From Psammoneis japonica (Eukaryota), in NCBI GenBank assembly GCA_008632985.1, contig QPGO01000099.1:103679-167678 (forward strand): 64,000 nucleotides of DNA, read 5' to 3'. Below the pieces are notes generated by a model. It did not search any database. It was not told the origin of the DNA and saw only the letters and a list, made by a program, of their open reading frames with translations. Positions 61,526 to 64,000 of this stretch are shown here, one piece after another; within the stretch, counting starts at the first letter, position 1; every line of letters starts with the position of its first letter. A program made the position numbers and the translations under genes.

Positions 61526-64000
61526 ATGAATAGCCTTTGTAAATATCTATTTGTAGCTCTGCTGTTTCAGCAGTTATGCGTCTCTTTTCCTTTTCAACCG
61601 GCACTGTTTGGCTTACCAAAGAGCAGAGATTGTTTTCACCTGATGAAATCAGCTACATTAGAGATATTCAACGACACAATCATAGACCAACACGCTGAGA
61701 TGACAATCGCAGATGATCAAAGAGTGTACCTTTCAGAGAATTACGGAAAAAGGGCTGTTATGATGCTTGAGAATCAAGAACTGCCAACTCCTCCGAAAAT
61801 TAGTGATAGAGGAGAAAGTGCCGCCCCTGGAACTAGTACGTCACTCATGAGTCAAGGCGGCTTCCAAGATCTAGATGGTCGTCACGATAGCATAATAGAG
61901 TCCATCATACAGCATTACAAGGGAGGTGAGAGTACTTCAGGTGGAGGAAACGGGGACAATTCAAATGGCTTATCCGGAGAGATATCTCGTTTTTCGAGAG
62001 AAGAAAATTATTTCCGCAGAGCAAACGTCCAGCTTCCACCGGGTTGGGGTAAAACGTTGTTGGCCTTGGAAACACTTTCGCGGTTAGCACGAGAAAGAGT
62101 AGGTCCCGATCGATCAAAAGTTCAGTGAGTGACATGCGCAACACTGAAACTCATCTTGGTCGATCAAGTGCTGGATTTCTCGGATGGCTCTGGACTTGTT
62201 GCCGACATTTCGCACTCGAGATTGATTGTGGCCAGTCAGACAAGCCGCACCGAGGCTTGCACCACATTGGTTGACAAGTCTGCAGCTTTTCTTCCCACTC
62301 ATGAGAGTGAGCTGCGGTTCATTGCCTGCGCTTGCAACTCTCTGCCACGGGTTGGAGAGGCTCTTCAAGCGATTGGAGGCAGCATTTCCTTTGGTATTTT
62401 TGACGAAGCACACGAGATGGAAGGAGCAGGGAGGCTATTTGGATACGGTCTCTATGATTCGTTTCTTCCAGTCGACTACCGTCTCTTCCTTACAGCAACT
62501 CCTCGTCGGTACACACAGTCTCCGAAACAAATCACCGTTCTGGGATCCAAGCTTGACAAGTACGGCGCGCAAACACTCTTGCCGAAAAGGGAAGCAGAAA
62601 CCACTCGTTGCCTCTCGGGCATTAGGAGCTTTGTCGATGAAGCGCTCTTTGGACCGTGCATCGAACGACGGACGTTGATAGAAAGCGTGGAGCAAAACAT
62701 TACAGTCCCCATTACACTATGTGTTGTGGATCAAGACGAGGTCAGTGAACACGCACATATCGATTCCAGCCAGCTCTCAAAAGATACCTTGCTGCCTTTT
62801 GCAATCGAAGCGGCTTTCTATAAGTTAAATGTAAGCCGTGCTGTGTCGTTCCACTCTACCAATGCTCGAGCACGGGCTTTTGTGGACTCGACTGAAACGG
62901 CGTTGAAGGACGACATATCTACATTTGTTGTTTGTGGCAGTCCCAAAATGTCTGCAGTAAATCGGGAACATGTGCTACAAGAAGCCAGGTTTGCATCGAA
63001 ATCTATCGTTGCGAACTGCAAAGTACTGGCGACAGGTGTTGACGAGGCGGATTGGGAGTTGGTTGTAATGGCCGATCCCGTTCGGAGTTCAGTTCTGGCA
63101 CGTCAAATGATTGGACGTGTAAGCCGGAAAGCGTTCGGAAAAAACCGTGGTTACGTTCTTGTTCCCATTCCAATTGCTTCTGATGAGGAATTGACCGAGG
63201 ATACCAACGGATACGAAACTTTTACCACTGCTTTTGAGGCCATGGTTGGTCTGGATCCCGAGTTACGTCAGGATGTCTTGTTTGTGATTGAAGAGAGCGA
63301 CAGGCTAGGAAGGCCTTTGAAGGAAGACGAGTACCCTCCTCGTGTCCTCAATTCCTTCATGCTTCCCGATTTGTTGTCCTTTGAAACGAAAAAAGACATC
63401 ATGAACCGCGCCATTAGAGAATACAAGGACAAGAGTTCCTGGGATCGCATGTACGATTTGCTCTTGAAGTATAGAGACCGCGAAGGCAGTTGCAAAGTTC
63501 CTTCTAGGCACAAAGAAGAGGGGATGAGTTTGGGGCATTGGTTAAGCAGACAACGGCAGGCCAAAAAGAATGGGATGCTGGATATTTCTCGTCAACAAGC
63601 GCTCAAGAAGGTGGGAGTCGAGTGGAACGTGTACGATGATAAATGGAATCGCGCTTACAGCCTACTCTTGGTTTACCTGGAGAGAGAAGGCAATTGTAAT
63701 GTTCCCAGTAAATACGTTGAGGATGGCTTTGCCCTTGGACGTTGGTTGAGCAACCAACGACTAAAATATAAGCTCGGGAAGCTTGACATTGTCAAAGAAG
63801 AAAAACTCGAGGAGGCTGGAGTGGAGTGGGACGTGTGGGAAAACCAATGGGAGACTATGTTTTCACTTCTCGAGCAATTCAACGAACGGGAGGGCCATTG
63901 TAGGGTACTGTTTGGTCACGAAGAGGATGGGGAGAACCTTGGAAGGTGGTTGGACACCCAAAGGAAAGCTAAAAGGAAAGGGACAATGGACGCTTCCCGA
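61526..64000 (+). pseudogene. Near-identical inverted copy of the 37337-40060 helicase-HA gene with a premature TGA at 62126; runs off the window
   Basis: Close match to the reverse complement of 37570-40215, including upstream DNA (61385-61525); the stop lies within a mutated patch. Confidence 0.9.

Overview
Eukaryotic nuclear DNA, most likely from a pennate diatom. Evidence: short GT-AG introns, a CoDi-type copia remnant, diatom-typical families (FG-GAP propeller, STAND ATPase, helicase-associated repeats) and an ASAF-like presequence. Ordinary genes include an SDR, RPC40, two paralogues with a CxxC..H..C domain, a flavin reductase-like protein, a glutamate receptor-like channel, AKR7, Hsp70-TPR, TMEM14, ThrE, BTB-TLDc and a renalase-like oxidoreductase. 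These alternate with sharply bounded domains (about 2.76-3.87, 13.26-19.16, 26.83-35.07, 41.74-43.33, 46.4-52.04 and 62.12-62.35 kb; roughly a third of the window) in which the TpA dinucleotide is almost entirely erased. Paralogues within the window (five copies of an SF2 helicase-HA gene and a duplicate of the Hsp70-TPR 5' end) show systematic TA->TG and TA->CA transitions, plus CG->TG/CA. This looks like a RIP-like, repeat-targeted hypermutation with the opposite chemistry to fungal RIP (A:T->G:C at TpA), and is the main candidate novel system. The affected DNA includes a Tyr-free Chapaev/Transib-like transposase, two TIR-bounded non-autonomous elements, a copia fragment and duplicated host-gene fragments. 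All alignments and counts were done by eye and are approximate.
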